NCBI GenBank assembly: GCA_037447605.1
Contig: CM074816.1
Coordinates: 310,001-374,000, forward strand
Direction: 5' to 3'
DNA: 64,000 bases
Source: Zygnema circumcarinatum SAG 698-1b
Taxonomy: Eukaryota > Plantae > Zygnematophyceae
Below are positions 35,128-47,232 of the stretch, in pieces (within the stretch, counting starts at the first letter, position 1; each line of letters begins with the position of its first letter). Below the pieces are notes generated by a model, which saw nothing but the letters and a program-made list of their open reading frames with translations, ran no database searches and was not told where the DNA came from. The translations under genes and the position numbers were made by a program.

Positions 35128-35285
35128 ATGGCGACGATGGCAATGGCAATGGCGGTTCTTGCTCTGGGCCTGGCCATGGCCCCGCGCGGCGATGCGGGAA
35201 TGGCACCTCCTCGTAGATCTCCATCACCTTCTCCTTGCGAAAGCGTCTGTCCCTCAAACCCGCAAGAGTTTTGCGATATTCTCTT
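35128..35285 (+). pseudogene. Internally deleted partial duplicate of the 29850-31273 gene
   Basis: The leader ATGGCAATGGCGGTTCT..GGCCATGGCCCCGCGCGGCGATGCG (as at 29850-29905) is fused directly to CCTCCT..CGTAGATCTCCATC..CCTTCTCCTTGCGAAAG..TCTGTCCCTC.AACCCGCAAGAGTTTTGCGAT (as at 30765-30865). Homology then stops. Confidence 0.7.
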
Positions 35286-36705
35286 TTGTTGTATCTCCCC
35301 CCACCCCTCCCTACATCCCTCACTTGCTGTTGCGCTCCCATGGACTCCCTCTCTCCCCGACCGTACACTCTACCTCCATGCCTCACCCTCCCCTCCCTTC
35401 CGTCTCCCCCACTCTTGGCGCTGCCCAACCAGCATTTCAGGGTTGTCAAGAAAATTAGTTGTACAGGATTAGTAGGTCTCTTTTATCGTTTGTAAATATC
35501 TTGTATTCCTTTTCATTGTTCATCTTCTAGTTATTTTTGGTTCAGCAACAGTTTTTCGCATCTTCTGTAAAGAAACTCAGCGCTGCCAGAGACTTTCTTG
35601 TTCACCATAAAAAAATTCACTGCTTCATTCCAATGAAAAAAAAAAAAAAATCTACATTTGAATGTTTTTTTTTGTAGTTGAAGATATGATAACTTGATTC
35701 ATTAGAGAATTCCTTCTCTTTTTTGTAAGAGAAAACGTAATAATCGCCTTATTTGTAAAGACCCTGAGCCCTGGCTTTTTCTCAGTGGCAAAGTAGCTGT
35801 TTACTTTGAAAGTCGTAAATGTGCAAAGAGAAATCAAAGCCTAACAAGTGAGAAGTGACATGTCATGGCTGCTGTTCAAAAATAATGCTCCATGTACCTG
35901 CCTAGGCCTTATACACGTCTTCAACGGATGGAGCCATGTTCATGCCAGAGAAATTTCGCTCGGAGAATGTATGAAGAGAGGGCTCGTAGCTTGTTTCGAT
36001 TTAGTGTAGAATTCATTTTTTTGCTTTAATGGAGAGAGGAGGGCGAGCGAGAAAAGTCTATTTTTTTTTTCAAGCCAAGAAGCAGAGAAGAGAAGATGAG
36101 AGCGACATCTTTGTTTCATTGTTTAGTTTAGTTTTCATTTGTTTTGCTCTGTAAAGAGCAAAACCTTTTAGTGTGGAATAACAGTCGAATAATTAGTGAT
36201 TTGAATGATGAAACTTGTCTAGAGGCCTTTTGGATCTAAGCCATCTTGAGCTATAGCCTGTTTATTTTGGAAGAGTTTGCAGTCATGTAATGTATACTAG
36301 CCATTCAAACAATGAAAATATGCTCAAATTTGTACTTTCTCCTTTGCTTTTTCACCGATAATTGATGACCGAGCATGGTTTGTGTTCGTCGAGGCCGATC
36401 TCGTATTGGGTCAAAGCGACGAAGCGGTCTCTTCTGCTTTCTTTCAACGACGAAGGTTGGCAAAAAGTCTACAACACATAAGAACCCCTCCTAACAGCCT
36501 ATCACACATCTTATAAAAAAATGACCGCCTAACCTTCTCCCAAAACCAAAGGCTTTGGAGACTCTCAAAATTGAGAAAGGTCACAATGACCTTCACTCTG
36601 TAGCAACAAAGAAACTCTCTCGCCATAAATTTCACGAGTCTTGCGCCTTGGCATCTCAATGCGCGCTTCACTCAACTATCGCTACATGTAACGCATTTCC
36701 GTTCA

Positions 36706-37169
36706 TCACATGGAACCTCGTTTTGCTGCCGCCCAGTTTGCGTTGATGAAGGATTTGGCGTGATTGGCTAAATCTTCTGAGTCTTCCCACCTGCCGGCAA
36801 CGAAGCATAAATGTTATGAGGAATAAACGAATACAAAACAAGTCACATAAATCCAATTACTGGGTTTCAACCTCTCCAATTAAAAAAGCATTTATTCTAA
36901 TGTATTAAGAGAGAGAAGGCTAGTGATGACTCATTGACAAAGACTACTCTCCTGGAGAAGAGGCAGCCATGGCTTACAAATTCCGCCACACGCAGAGCAC
37001 GTTGGAGAGGCTCGTGCTGACGACTTGAGACGAGAATGACTCGAAAGTGATGGGCCCCTTGTACCCCGATTTGGCGAGAGCACGGAACACCTGCTGCCAG
37101 TCGAGGTTGCCTGAACAACCCACAACCGTCAACCCATGGAAACACTCTTAACATAAACTCAGGCAGAGC

Positions 37170-37200
<31 letters not shown>

Positions 37201-37205
37201 TGTGT

Positions 37206-37237
<32 letters not shown>

Positions 37238-38983
37238 GAGAGGAAAGCATCTCTTGGTGTCAGCATGCGACTATGACATCATGTTTCCAGATGATGGTGT
37301 CAAATACATATATCACTTGGTCAGGGCAAAAGAAAGCCTTCATTAGGGGTTCTACAAAGAAGCTTAAGCTAACGACCAAAGGAAAGGGAAAAGGGGGAAA
37401 AGGAGAAAAAGCAAGAGAGGAGATAGCGAGACTGTCTACCTGTTCCAAGATAGCCGCGGTGACTTTCTCCTATGTGAAAGTATCCGAGCTTATTTCCGCA
37501 AAGCTCAATTGCGCCGGCAAGACTGCTCTCCTCAATATTCATATGATATGTGTCAAGGTGGACGATGACATTTGGATGGTTTATTTCCGCAAGCAATTCC
37601 ATACCCTGACACCAAATACAAACAACCCTAAAGCTTAATCATAACACCTGAACACAATGAACTTTCCAGCTTCATCTTTTCGTGTTAAAACAACAGTTTC
37701 AAAGTCCAAACAGAGATCAGTTTCTGAGAATACCTGAGCTGCTGTATTTAGGACATTCGTCTCGTATCTATTAGCCACTTCCAAGCCCAAAATGACCCCC
37801 CCGTCTGCTGCCTGCTGTGCTACTCTTCGGAGAGATCTGACCAAGTGGTCCTTTCCAGCTCCCCCTACAAACGGTCCGGGATATTTTCCAAGAGCGGAAT
37901 ATGTGATGCCGGTTAAGTAACGAGCTCCAATCCCTTTCGCCACCCTTAGAGCTTCCAGTAACAGCTGCCACCACAGGCCCTTACTTTTTAGATTCGATAA
38001 ATAAAGGTTGCAGTAGTTACAGGGTCCCTCATTGTAAGAAAAAAATATAAGGGCTATTGAGAAAGAGATCGTGAAATCTGGTGATGTAGGAGAATGTAGG
38101 ATGTATGTACCTCTTCTCCCTTAGCCGCAATGTCCGGGTCGGGGCTTGAAACGTCGGCCTCAAAGCTGAGCCCTAGAGAGGTCGCTGCCGCCATTCCGTG
38201 CTCTGAAAGGACCGAGCGAGTGAAGGCGGAGTCCACGGACTGCGGGTCTCCCACCGACACTGTTCCCTCCTTTCCCCCCAGGTGTGGGCTCCACCTGCGA
38301 TGTGTGCCACGTGGCAGCACTTCATTGCAGGGAACCTGACTGCACTACAGGGACAGCAGTCCTCATTGCCTGTCTTTTTTATTCCATACGTCACACGAGA
38401 AAAAGTGTGGCTTCTATGCAACAGAAAGGGTCATCGTGCGTGGATGAATGCAACGAAATTTAGAAATGCGTGGAAGGAGTTTAGAAGAAATCTCTAGAGG
38501 AAACGTATTTCAGCATGAATTAGTGGTTGCCATCCCTTGGCAACTAAAATATAGAGAAAACTTAACCCATCTGATGACCTGCTTAAGTTCGAGCATTTGG
38601 CGGCTGGCGAGAATACTTGAAGGAGATTCATATGCAGAAATACCTTCAATAAGGTTGTAACCAAGCTTTGCCGATTGAGAAACTGCGGCAACGCACTCGT
38701 CTCGACTCCATCCCCCGACCCACACCTGTGAGTGGACGCCTATTAAGGACGGATCTTCGTCTTCCACGATTCCGCCATGGCTTCCAGCACTCGCACATCG
38801 CACAACCCATCCTCTCCGCTTTCTTATTTCTCCTTCATGAAACCCCCCATACTGACGCGTTGCGAAGGAAACGGGGGGTGATAAATGCGTAAGGGAAGCA
38901 GAAGGGTGAAAGGAATGGCGAGAGAGAGAGAGTGTGAGGGGCAAGGCGGGGAGACGGAGGGAGGGGAGCGCAGCCATGGCCAT
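36706..38983 (-). CDS. D-tagatose/D-psicose (ketose) 3-epimerase family protein with a putative plastid transit peptide
   Basis: Six exons: 38983-38644, 38269-38111, 37964-37734, 37605-37440, 37110-36978 and 36790-36706. Motifs IGVHSQVWVGGWS, LGYNLIE, SLGL..DVSSPD, LEVANRYETNVLNT, HLDTYHMNIEE, FHIGESHRGYLGTG, ITFESF and WRNLW. The N-terminal extension is about 75 aa, Ser/Arg/Ala-rich, and ends VVRCA. Confidence 0.93.
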
Positions 38984-39250
38984 GGCTGCTACTGCCAAGA
39001 CTGGGCTCTCTGCCAACTGGCAAGACTGGGCTCTCTGCCAACAAACGTCTGCCAACGAACCTAACGTATCGGCATTGCATCATATCGTACATAACGTATC
39101 GTTTTATATCGTACGAGCATACGATATTACGATACCGTCCGCAGGCGGTACGGCGAGTCAAAGATTCAAACTGTCGCGTCACGGCTCCATGTCTGTGGTG
39201 GACGGCGCGGATGCATGCATGCATGCTCCATGCGGTGGGGCATGGACATG

Positions 39251-39508
39251 GGCATTGGCATTGGCATTGGCATTGGCATTGGCATTGGCATTGGCATTGG
39301 CATTGGCATTGGCATTGGCATTGGCATTGGCATTGGCATTGGCATTGGCATTGGCATTGGCATTGGCATTGGCATTGGCATTGGCATTGGCATTGGCATT
39401 GGCATTGGCATTGGCATTGGCATTGGCATTGGCATTGGCATTGGCATTGGCATTGGCATTGGCATTGGCATTGGCATTGGCATTGGCATTGGCATTGGCA
39501 TTGGCATT
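39251..39508. repeat. (GGCATT)43 microsatellite
   Basis: Perfect 258-bp hexamer array between the divergent epimerase and GT90 genes. Confidence 0.97.
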
Positions 39509-39941
39509 TCGTTTTATAACTTTCTTCTCGGGAAGCCTGCACTTCTTTTGACCTCAGTGGGAGCTCCTCTTGCTCATGGCTGGGGCATGTTCGACTTGCC
39601 AACGCCGTGCTTGCATCTCCCCCCGGTCACATCCGCACATTCACCCATCACTGGCGTGCGCATGCAACTCACGGCGGCGCCCTTCGTCCGTACCGGCCCA
39701 TGCACGCGCATGCAGCGCGGAGGGCGGTCCTCGGCCATCGGCTCACGGAGTGTCCTCCATGCCACGCCATGCAATGGCATGCGTCCCCGCAGTGTGAATA
39801 AAAGGGGACGGCCCCGCACGGGTTTATGTTTAGGGTTAGGGTTGCAGGAGGTGGTATATGCGGAAGCCACGATTGTGTTGGATTCAGTGCTTTGAAAAGG
39901 GTTAGATCTAGTTGTGCTATAGAGCGGGGGGGGGTGCTTCC

Positions 39942-42287
39942 ATGGCGGTTCGGGTGAGTGGGAGGAAGAAGCTGCAGCGGCGCCTTTTGGGAGCGGCTTT
40001 CGTTTCTGCGGTGATATAGTCTTGCTTTTCCCACTCAGAGACAGAGACAGAGACAGAATCTTTGGACCTAAAAACCCCAAAATCCGGTGAATATTTCAGT
40101 ATTTGTGGAAACAATGAAGTTCTGGCTAATTTGATGAGCAATTATTATTTCCCCTCCGTTTCATGTTCAGGCGCTCTTCTTCTTTCTGGTGATCAATCGG
40201 CAGCCATCTCTTCCTAAAGAAAAAACGAGTTATAGAGAAGGGAGAGAAGACAGACAAACAGATGAGAACATCAGCTCCAGCATGATGGAAACAGAGTTAC
40301 AAAACGAAACAAGCAAATATGATCTTGGAAAAAGTAACACAACCCCAATCCTACCGCAAAATCGAGTCCTGAATGGTAACCTTTCAGGGGCCATGCCTGA
40401 AAAGAAGGAGAACGTAGAGAAAGCTTCGTATCGTCCTAACGAAGTTGTTGAACCTCGAAGGAGAGGAGGAGCGAGAAGAATTTGCCCCGACTACTTTAAG
40501 CATATTTGGGAAGATTTGCAGCCATGGCGGCAGCGAGGCGGCATCAGTGAGGAGGTTATCGCCTACACACAGCGCGGCGCTTCGTTCAGACTGCAAATCG
40601 TGAACGGGGAAGTCTTCGTTCACCACTTTCGGGTGAGGGTTATGGGAGGGAGGGGAAGGGGGAGGGGTACAAATATCAGAGGGAGAAGTAGACGACAGAG
40701 AATGGGGGAGGAAAGGAAAGGGGGAGGGAGGCGAGGGGAGGGGGGGGGATAAAAACCGAAGAGGCAGAAGTTGACGAGAGAGAGATTGGAGGAGGGAGGG
40801 AGGGAGGGAGGGAGGGGATTGGAGGAGTTAAAAAGCCAGAGGCAGAAGAAGATGCGAGAGAGAGGTAGAAGAAAGAAGAGGTAGAGAGAGAGTTAGAGGA
40901 AGAGGGAGAGAAGAGGGAGAGGGAGAGGGAGGGAGGGAGGGGAGGGGTAGGGTGAGGGGGAAGTGTGGCCTTGGGTGGGGGTATCCTTGCATGCGGTTGA
41001 GCATTGGCGATCCATGGCGGTAGCACTATGAGTAGGGCTCTAACTTTTCGAAGGACTTTTGCTCCAAACTGAAATCCGGAAAATATTTCTCCCATCCATG
41101 CGAGTGCAGATGTGCTACCAGACTCGAGCGATGTTCACGATTTGGGGGATTCTGCAACTTATCAAAAGGTGAATCTTAGACCATAACCATCAATACACAT
41201 ACACTCGAGTAAATATTATATGCTTTAATGGCACGAGCAACAGAGTCGATACGGGACTTTCTAATTCCTCAAACATTAATCGAAATCACAATTTCATTCC
41301 ATCAAACTAAATCTTCCACACTCTTTTGTTTTGCGAACCTCTGACTCTCCCACTGTTGTTAACCCCTTAGGTTTCCGAGCCGAGTTCCGGATGTGGATCT
41401 CATGATCCACTGTATGGATCAACCCTTGATCCGACGAAGCCGCTTTCTTCTCCACCCGCACCCTCCCCTCCTCTTGAAGTATTGCAGCAGTCCGGACCAC
41501 ATGGATGTTGTTTGGCCGGATTGGTCCTTTTGGGGATGGTCAGTTCCCACCTCTTCCATAGAAAATCAATCAATTTTTAATCCTGGTAGTCATCTTATCA
41601 AACTATTTCAAAAACCCACATAGAAGCATCCCGAAATTACAAATTTTCAACCAAGTGAACTCTACCCTCCTTATGTTTTGGTGGGGCAGGCCGGAGGTAA
41701 AGATAGAGCGATGGCCCAATACAAGGGAAAAGATATCGGAGGGGTCGGGGGGTATTCCATGGAGAGAGAGGGAAAATCTCGGCCAATGGAAGGGCGCCGT
41801 GTGGGTGGCTCCTAGGCTTCGGCAGCCAATCGTTGACTGCCACGATGCTCCAAACCACCAATGGAGAGTCAAAGCAGAGGACACAAAGTGGCTGCAGGAG
41901 ATAAGCAGCAACTCAACCAAGCTCGAAAATCAGTGCAATTACAGGTGAAATGATTGCTTTCGCCGTTGAATTTCGTTACATAGAGGTGTTAGTATTCGAA
42001 TTTAAGGGTGCTAGATCGTTCGCATTGTATGCTACGATGGGTTTCGTGTTCAGATGGTGGGAATGAACTTGTTTGCAGGTATAAGATTTATGTGGAGGGT
42101 ACGGCCTGGTCATGCAGTCTTAAGTATTTGATGGCCTGCGGCTCTACGCTGCTCTATGTGCGACCCATCTATTTTGATTTCTTTTCGAGATCACTTCAGA
42201 GTTATAGGCATTTTCTTCCAGTGCGGCGGCCCGACGAAGCTCCAATATGCGAGAGTCTAAAGGTGAGTGGGAGAGGAAAAGAGGGGG

Positions 42288-42348
<61 letters not shown>

Positions 42349-42726
42349 AGGAGGGGCCCTTCGATTAGAATTTTAGAGTCTCAAATAAGACAAATCCATA
42401 GGGCTTATTTTTGTCTGAACTGAAATTTGAATGCGGCGCAGGAAGCGGTGGAGTGGGGAGAGCAGCACATGGAGGAGGCGGAAGAGATTGGTAGAAATTC
42501 TGCCAAATTTGCGGCCGAAAATATTACAATGGTGGACGTGTACGACTACATGCTGCACTTCCTTGAGGAGTACGCAAAGCTGCAGCGCTTTAATGTGAGC
42601 AGACACTTTCAGGCGCGGCGAGTCACAGAAGCTTCCATTAGAGGGAATGCGGGAGAGAGCACTCTCCCTTACTTGGTGGAGGAGGATGCGTATGATGGAG
42701 AGCCCTGTGAGATTCAGAGAGAATAG
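39942..42726 (+). CDS. Glycosyltransferase family 90 (CAP10/DUF821, rumi-like), type II membrane protein
   Basis: Exons 39942-40010 and 40171-40632 give the anchor RKKLQRRLLGAAFVSA|ALFFFLVI. Then 41110-41168 (QTRAMFTIWGILQL), 41371-41538 (VPDVDLM..C.D.P, WPDWSFWGW), 41690-41944, 42079-42262 (YKIYVEGTAWSCSLKYLMAC) and 42442-42726 (VYDYMLHFLEEYAKLQRF). Confidence 0.95.
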
Positions 42727-43347
42727 GAAAAGAAAAAGGGACTAGGGTTTTTTTCTTTCTTACTTTCTTGTAAGACATTTGTTTTGGAGAGCAGCTGTAA
42801 ATTTTTTTCTTTTTTTTTTGGGATTTTAGGGTTTCAAGTGACAGAGGAGTAAAGAGTGTAGACTCTGGTGGCAGATTGCTTGTCTTGATATCATTCGTTT
42901 TTTTTTTTTTACATCTAGACTTGTTACGTCGTCTTTTTTACATGGCAAAAACATCGTTATTCATCAGTAATGTTTTGAAATGTTTGTGCGATTGCGTAGC
43001 GAACAGGGGAGCGTTTTTTTGACAAATCAGACATTTATTCAGACCTCTACATGTACACAGCCAAAAAAAAAAAAGCGAAAAAAAAGCAATTACTAAGGAT
43101 TGAATCAGCAGAAATGCTCTATGCATGTACACTGCACAATAGGAGTCGATGCCCATATCTCCATCGCTGTTATTGCACGCCGAAAAAACATTTAGCTCCT
43201 CATCAGCTCCTCAAAAGGAGTAAGTATAATTCTTCTTTCCCTTCTGCAGAACTTCAACAGACGAAAGTAACGAATCGTGGACAGATCGAATCGTCCTCCC
43301 ATCTCTCCTTTCCATTCCGATTTCTCCCAACTGCGTCCTCTCATGTT

Positions 43348-43963
43348 TCAGAAGCAGTCACAGCAGCACTCGAGACACCAGCAGCAGCAGAGAACTGCAA
43401 GGCTGCACATCGCAACATCACATGATGTCAGTCAGGTCATCATCCTCAACTCGACATTACCGTCCAACTTCATAAGTTCTTTTCCAGAAGTCTGCTTTTA
43501 ACATCCCCAACACTAAAACTTCCCACCGGCAAAAGTTAATTACATACTGAAAACGATGAAAAGTAATCAATTCCGTAACGATATTGACAGTGAAATTGAA
43601 AATTCGCAACTTTGGGGTTGCAGGTGCATGAAGCTCACCAGGTCTCCAAGCAGCCGCGGGGGGGCCCCGCCGGTGGATACTCCGGGCCTCCATAGCCCGG
43701 GCCGCCATAGCCAGGCCCTCCGCCATAGTACGGTGGCGGCATCACAGGCGGCCCGCCATAGTAACCTCCTTCTGGATGATCGTCGCCACCATCATCACCA
43801 TCCTCATCATCACCAGCTCCTCTTACAGCAGACAGAGACTCGGCAAAAACTCATAAACATGCAGAATTTTAGGGTTTGAAACATAAGAAAGGCAGCAGCT
43901 AGGATTCGAAAGAAAGTGCTCACGTCCAGCAGGCGGCCCGCCACCATATCCTCCGGGATTCAT
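43348..43963 (-). CDS. CYSTM: CYSTM protein, copy A (acidic plus Gly/Tyr/Pro-rich N-terminus, Cys-rich membrane tail)
   Basis: Exons 43963-43924, about 43819-43639 and 43402-43348. C-terminus GCLETCLAVLCCCWCLECCCDCF*. Confidence 0.9.
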
Positions 43964-44229
43964 GTACCCTCTCTCCCTCTCCCTCCCTCTCCCTCTCCCT
44001 CTCCCTCTCCTTCACCCTCTCCCTCTCCCNNNNNNNNNNTCCCTCCCTCTCCCTCCCTCTCCCTCTCTCTCCCGCTCCCTCTCTCCCTCTCCCTCTCCCG
44101 CTCCCACTCTCCCTCTTTCTCTCTCTACCTCTCTCCCTCTCCCTCTCCCTCTCTCCCTCTCTCCTCCCAGCCTGCTTCCTCACAATTTCCCAGCGCTGCC
44201 TCTTCCCCGCCGAGGCCGCGGTCAATTCC

Positions 44230-44425
44230 CGTTACGTGACAGTCAGCTAACGCGGCTGCCACGTGGCGCCCGAAAACGTGCCGTTTGACCATGTCGACCT
44301 ATTCAAGTATGCCACGTCATCGCGCTGCACCATTGCGTGTTCACTCGCAGAGAGCCACGTGGCGTCTCGACCACGGTGGCGAAGGGTCCTCGACCAGCTC
44401 GGCATGTGCCACGCGCCACGTGGCA
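44230..44425. promoter_or_regulatory. G-box/ABRE cluster upstream of CYSTM copy A
   Basis: Perfect palindromic GCCACGTGGC at 44258, 44354 and 44415, plus GCCACGTCA at 44311. Confidence 0.6.
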
Positions 44426-44970
44426 ACATCGAAAAGTGCGAATTGGCGGAGATGGTAGAAGCTGCAGGGAGGAGGGAGGGGGAGAGAGCGAAGAGAGAGA
44501 GAGAGAGTGGGACAGGCATGGCTTCCTTGCTGTGTTTGTGGGGTGGAGCATCTCCTGCTCACGCTGATCGAGGTTTGCGTGTGGGAGGGAGGGAGAGGGA
44601 GGGGGCAGGGTGGGTGGGAGGGAGCGAGGGAGCGAGGGAGGCAGGGCCATGGCGGCGGTGGCGGTGAGGTGGGCGGCCATGGTGCGGCCAAGTGACGCCA
44701 GACTATTTGAAACTTGTAATGTCATTTTTTACATAGCTTTCTCTCACGAAATCGCACGACACGCGTGGCAGCAATCAGCAGGGCGAGTGATTCGACATAT
44801 GTTCACTTAAGTGTTTTAAGTGCCAAAAATAAAGCGATAATAAAACAAAAAGTAAACTATAAAGTGAAAATTCTGTCCGCGCGCTTCTGGCCACCTGCGC
44901 GCTGTACATTGGGAGCCGATCATAATTTGTACATCGCTATCACTACACGCTTCACGCATCCTTTTGCGCT

Positions 44971-45667
44971 TTAGAAGCAGTCGAAGCAGCACTCGAGGCA
45001 CCAGCAGCAGCAGAGAATGGCAAGGCTGCAAGGCGCATCATCGCAACATCACATGATGTCAGTCAGAGCAACATCACATGATGTCAAGCCAGCGCATCAT
45101 CCTCGAGTCGACATAACCACCCAGACCCTCCAGATCTTCTTTCCAGAAGCACCAGCTCACAAACTTCCTCCCACGAATACTAATTATATACTGAAAATGA
45201 AAGAAAAATAATCAAATTCCAAGTTTTAATTTGACCAAAGAATTAGGGTTTCGCAACACATGAAGCTCACCAGCTCTCCAAGCAGCCCCGCGGCCGCCCG
45301 GGGGGACCATACCCGGGCCCATAGCCCGGGCCGCCATAGCCTGGCCCTCCGTAGCCCGGCCCGCCATACCCGGGCCCTCCACCATAGAACCCGCCCCTTT
45401 GCGGAGGCGCCATCACATGGGGTCCGCCAAAACCTCCATGAGGCCCTCCTCCTGGATGATGCCCTGCATCATCGCCCTCGACAAAGTCATCTTCAGCATC
45501 TTCATCATCATCATCATCAACGACTCTTACGAAAAAGAGACACTGGCGAAAAACCAGAGACAAGAAAACCTTTAGGGTTTGGATAATTATAGACGCAGGG
45601 GCGAGGACTCAAAAAGGAGGAACTCACCTCCACCAGGCGGCCCGCCACCATATCCTCCGCGGTTCAT
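44971..45667 (-). CDS. CYSTM: CYSTM protein, copy B
   Basis: Exons 45667-45628, 45523-45271 (D-rich stretch, GPGYG repeats) and 45025-44971. C-terminus GCLESCLAILCCCWCLECCFDCF*. Confidence 0.9.
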
Positions 45668-45879
45668 GATTTCCCTCTGTCCCTCCCTCTCTCCCTCTCT
45701 CTCGCCCTCACCCTCTTTTTCACTCTCTCCCTCTTCTCTCCCTCTTCTCTCCCTCTTCTCTCCCTCTCTCTCCCTCTTCCTCTCTCTCTCCCTCTCGCCC
45801 CCGTCTGCCACCCCTCCCACATTTCGCTTCGCTGACTTTTGTACTTTTTTTTACCTCCGCCGACGCCGCGTTCCGCTGT

Positions 45880-46090
45880 CGGTGACGTGGCAGCGACGCT
45901 AACGCGGCACGTGCCACGTGGCACTCTTTGCAACACCTTCTGTCCACCCGGGGCTTCCACGGCGCGCCACGTGACACCTCACGAAAACGACACGTCCACT
46001 GGCAATGCGCCACGTGACGAGCGCGCACGCGTTTCGGGTACGGATTGGGTCCGTACGGATTTGCACGTGTGGCGACGCGCCACGTCACAT
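45880..46090. promoter_or_regulatory. G-box/ABRE cluster between divergent CYSTM-B and synaptotagmin
   Basis: About eight ACGT cores in 205 bp (TGACGTGGCA, GCACGTGCCACGTGGC, GCCACGTGA x2, GCCACGTCA and others). Confidence 0.6.
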
Positions 46091-46446
46091 CGTCTCTGCG
46101 CTTCGAAGTGGGTGACAGGACAAGCGGTCGGAGGGGGAGGATTGGGAGAGGGAGAGGGAGAGGGAGAGGGAGTGGGAGGGAGGAGCGGAGGGAGAGGGAG
46201 AGTGCAGGAAGGGCTGGATGCCATGATTTTCCTTGCCGTATTCGTGGCGTCAGCTGGAATCCTCGTGCTTACGCTGTTTGAGGTTTGCCAGTGAGAGGGA
46301 TTGAAGGAGGGAGAGGGAGGGAGGGAGAGATAGAAAGAGAGACAAGGGGAGAAAAGGAGAGGAGGGAGGGAGGGAGGGAGGGAGGGAAGATACAAAGAGA
46401 GAGAGGGAGATAAATAGAGAGGAGGGAGGGAGGGAGGGAGGAAGGG

Positions 46447-47180
46447 ATGGAGGAGGCCATGGCGGTGGCGGCGGGGGTGGTGGCGGCGTGCAGTCCGCTG
46501 GTGGCGGCAGGATGGACGGCCATGGCGCGGACAGGTGGCGCGTGGCCATTGGCTCTGGGCACCGCCACGGGGCTCATCTGGATGGCCCTCATCCGCCTCT
46601 GGCAGCAGCGCCGCAGTGAGGGCCGCCGGAGAAAGGTGAAGGAAGGCAAAAATGGAGACAAGTTTACATCAAGATATATGTCATATCATTCAATCCACTT
46701 TTAAATTTTCATTTCGTACCTTCATTTAGTTTATAATTTACAGTCCAATAACTTATAATCTGTTTTCGTTGCAGTTTTTTGGTCTTTGTTTGAACTAGGA
46801 TTTTAATTTTTTAATTATTTAGCTAGCAGCGAGAGCTGTGATAAAAAAGATATGGAACCTTCCTGGAAAGTCGTTTCAAATAAACTCACTCATTGAAGAT
46901 AGTTCAAGCTCAATTGATATTTCTCTCGATGAATTTAGCCACTGGTTTATACTGTTTGATTTTTAAGATATATATATATATATATTTTAATTTGTTGTTG
47001 GACGTCGATTTCAGGCCGCTGCAGTGTCACTGATGTCGAAAATGGATCGAAAAAAATTGGAGAAAGTCATGTCAAACAACAACGGCTCAATCCCCAGCTG
47101 GATCAGCTATCAAAAATTTGAAAAGGCAGGCCCCAACTCCTCAATCACCTTCCTCTCTCTCTCTCTCTCCCCCTCTCTCG

Positions 47181-47232
<52 letters not shown>

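Noticed and set aside
38835-39895. Long ORFs with poly-QC, AL, MP, WH or GI
   Set aside because: They are translations of the (GGCATT)43 microsatellite in different frames.
46222-46281. Hydrophobic MIFLAVFVASAGILVLTLFE as an independent small gene or extra SYT exon
   Set aside because: It has a donor site but no plausible in-frame acceptor in the following purine tract; it is left unassigned.
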